Of a DNA stretch of 64,000 nucleotides, positions 61,343 through 64,000 are shown one piece after another. The notes beneath the pieces were generated by a model. The model saw nothing but the letters and a program-made list of their open reading frames with translations. It ran no database searches and was not told the DNA's origin. A program made the translations under genes and the position numbers. The stretch is from Vicugna vicugna (taxonomy: Eukaryota). The DNA lies in contig MU058009.1 of NCBI GenBank assembly GCA_013265495.1, forward strand, positions 2,172,001 through 2,236,000, read 5' to 3'. Position 1 is the stretch's first letter. Every line of letters starts with the position of its first letter.

Positions 61343-64000
61343 GTAAGACAGCCCGCCGGGGGCGGATGGGTGCTGTAGCTTTGGCGGGGGTGTCGGGCGC
61401 GCTGCCGCCTCTGTGCTCCCACCCGAGGGCGCGAGGAAGGGCCCCGGGGCCTCGCCTGTGCCCTGCAAGGGGTCCAGGCCCGTCCGCGGCCGGCGTTGCG
61501 GCGGCGTCTGCAGCGCGGGGAGGCCGGCCGGGTGCGGACGGCGCGGTGGGCGATGTCGAGGGCAGGGCGATGCCGAGGGATTGGCGCCCCGCGGCCGGCC
61601 GGCCGCCCCGCAGCGCCCGTGCTCCGCGGGCGGGAGAGCCTTCCTCCTCCCCAGCGCCGCTGTGGTTTTCAGTCAGAAAGTTCAAACCCTTGACCCGATT
61701 CGGCACCTAAATCATTGTTTCAGGAAGTGGCGTTGCTTCGCCACTTTGAGGTGCCTCGTCCAGCCTCCTCGTGTCTCCACTGGGAATTTTACAAGTCAGT
61801 CAGTGTCCTGAGGTTCCCAGCAAAACCCTGAATTCACTGAACTTTATTAAAAGAATCTCTTTCTGGGGAAGCAGTCCTGGAATGTCTCGCGTCGCGGCGC
61901 AAGCCCAGAGGTCAGCCCTGTTAGTTTTAAGTAACTGAAAAACAGGGCTCACAATAAAAACATTCCTCAAGTCTGGTTTCCCTGCACCACCAGAGCTACG
62001 ACCCGTAGTAAAGTTAAAGAGCGCTGAATAAATATATTGAAGAAAGCCGTGGGTTTATGTAGAAAATAAATCCAAAGGTATTTTTTGAAACCTGTGAATG
62101 CATTAAGAGAAACTCCCAGTTTCATAGTGTCCTGGCATTATTAGGATTTAGGTGATCCAAATGTGGGTATAGCCAAAAAAAAGAGCAATTTTTATTTAAA
62201 AAGTTATTGATTGTACTTTCAACTAAAGGTAAAAATTAAGGATTTCCAAACCAAAAGACCCTTTGGGGTTATGTTTGTTGCATGGGTGGCATGAAGTAAA
62301 TTAATTTGATTTGACTTAGGTTGAAAAAGTACAGTGAAGAGCTGGCAGTGTTTCTGGAAGATGTTTTGGGACCGTTCGGGCCCAGAGCTTGCGATACTGT
62401 GTGTTCCGTTGGTTCCACTGTTAGTCTCTCTTGGACAATCAGTAAATATGTGTGGAAGTACATTCAGTAAAATTCTTTTACAACCACGTTGTTCCTACAT
62501 GTATTTGGTAATGAAATGAGTATTATATCCAGTTGCTCCTTTTTGAACTGGATTTTGACTGTAACGTGGCGTTAGGCCTGATTGCCCACAGTAAGACTTG
62601 TAATTTCAAAGCCAAGGAGTATGCAAAACAAGAAACCAGAAGGATGTTCTTGATGTTGATGCCTTTATATGTGTGTGTCTGCCACGTGTTAAGCCTGGGG
62701 TGAGTCGTCTACATAGATCTTGGAGAGGGGAGATAGGCTGAATCTTGTTTTGAGCATAAATAATCATTTGCGACAAGAACTCAAGTCCCTTAAAGGAAGA
62801 AGGGAGGATCTGCTTTAGTCAGAAAGCCTCTGTGCACCCCGCGAAGGGGACTCCTAGACAAAGCAGAACACCTTCTTCTAAACACCTCACCTGATGCCGG
62901 CAAACTTTGTAGTGACTTTGTGCCACACATCGACTTGCAGGCAGCTTTTCCTGGCTTTTAGCAGTCACAGAATTGGATCAGAGAAGAAATCATGCCAGAG
63001 AAAGAGTAATAAATAGCCTCAGAAGACAATGATCCAGTCATCAGTTGAGGCTGAGTAGGTTCTGTGTTTTATTGAACCTTGTGTGGGACATTAATCAGAG
63101 GAAAATAAAATGATTCAAATGTACTTTTGTGAGTGTTGAAAGTGAGCTGCGCGTACTTCATGAACTGAAAGTCTGTGCTTTTGCAGTTCTCTGCCGGCTT
63201 GTGGGCGAGGGCGGTGCCAGCCCTGGTGCTCTTGCGCTGTCCCCCCCACCACCCCAAGCTTGATTTCTTTAGATTGTTCTTTTGAAAATGTGTTGGGATT
63301 TTGCTCTCGTTGAGATTTAAAATATAGAAACTGGGATTTGCCAGTGGAATTAAACTCGTAAAAACTGGCTACAATCATCCACACTTTCAGATCATAAGCT
63401 TGCAGTGGGTTTACGATTACAGTTAAAGCCTTACGTGTATTAGATCATGGGAGCCCCGTTAGTGACTTCTCAGAGGTTTTGCAAATAACATGCTTTCAAA
63501 GCATTTTGGTTGCTTTCAACGGTTACGTTCAGGATCAAGAATCTTAGATTGGATGAACTTGCTCTTTTTGATTAATTTAAAAAACAGCAATATGTTGCTG
63601 GCATCCGTAACGAAACTACATATGTATATGTATATGTATATGTATATAAATTTTTTTTCTGGATAGACATAAATATTTAGCACTTTCTGTGGAACCAACG
63701 CATAAAATGTCCAAATCAAGTGAAAGGTGTACACTGGAATTAAAGTTAGTGAACTTTCTCACCCTTTGGTTTGCCGTTTTAAGATTTAAATAACTAACAA
63801 AAGTGAGTTTCATCAGATAAAATAATGAAAACTAAGATAAAAAAGTGAACCCCCTGCACAATAAGTACATAACACTGTGGTGGAAAAAACAGCTCCAGTG
63901 TTTAAAAAGCGTCTGCATAATTAAGCAATCCGTGTTTAGATTTAGTAATCCAGATGTCAGGTTATGATACTGATCTCCTCGGGCAGAAGAGCATGTATTC
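61343..64000 (+). other. BARX2: BARX2 intron 1 (5' part)
   Basis: Begins GTAAGA. Downstream translation is low-complexity G/A/R/P, and no homeodomain exon appears before the window end. Confidence 0.88.
63620..63647. repeat. (ATATGT)n microsatellite in intron 1
   Basis: ATATGTATATGTATATGTATATGTATAT. Confidence 0.9.

Larger units (their letters stand above)
58420..61660. promoter_or_regulatory. CpG island covering BARX2 promoter and exon 1
   Basis: Dense CpG/GC with GC boxes, interrupted by purine-rich (~58645-58875) and AT-rich (~59400-59640) pockets. Confidence 0.9.

Noticed and set aside
60604..61422. 272-aa antisense ORF over BARX2 exon 1
   Set aside because: Expected stop-codon scarcity in GC-rich DNA; R/A/P/G-rich with no domain.
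61343..61710. Continuation of the 184-aa ORF beyond BARX2 exon 1
   Set aside because: Read-through past the GTAAGA donor into GC-rich intron; low-complexity and unlike BARX2.
63215..63246. REST/RE1 half-sites
   Set aside because: Halves are in non-canonical order and the left half is incomplete.
1..64000. Prokaryote-type systems (CRISPR arrays, operons, defence islands)
   Set aside because: Sequence is mammalian; no regularly spaced repeats or dense coding seen.

Overview
Mammalian genomic DNA, almost certainly from a camelid (alpaca/llama/camel): there are seven copies of the tylopod tRNA-derived SINE vic-1. The only supportable protein-coding feature is coding exon 1 of the homeobox gene BARX2 (+ strand, 61156-61342), inside a ~3.2 kb CpG island, followed by intron 1 to the window end. 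The ~58 kb upstream is intergenic: young and old L1s, L2, CR1/L3, MIRs, MaLR/ERVL LTRs, one ERV1-type solo LTR, DNA-transposon relics, three orphan CpG-rich islands and candidate enhancer/insulator motifs. Nearly all ORFs in the six-frame track are chance ORFs in GC-rich DNA or L1 ORF2 relics. I found no convincing new biological system. The best leads are regulatory: a repeated PBX-MEIS/E-box 13-mer, divergent CTCF sites, an in-frame uORF, an ISRE/NF-kB orphan island and a phased GATA cluster. Retrotransposition footprints are also notable: a shared internal L1 3'UTR end-point, ultra-short insertions, a three-level nest and an inverted SINE pair. Repeat family names are from recalled consensus similarity, not database searches, and boundaries of old repeats are approximate.
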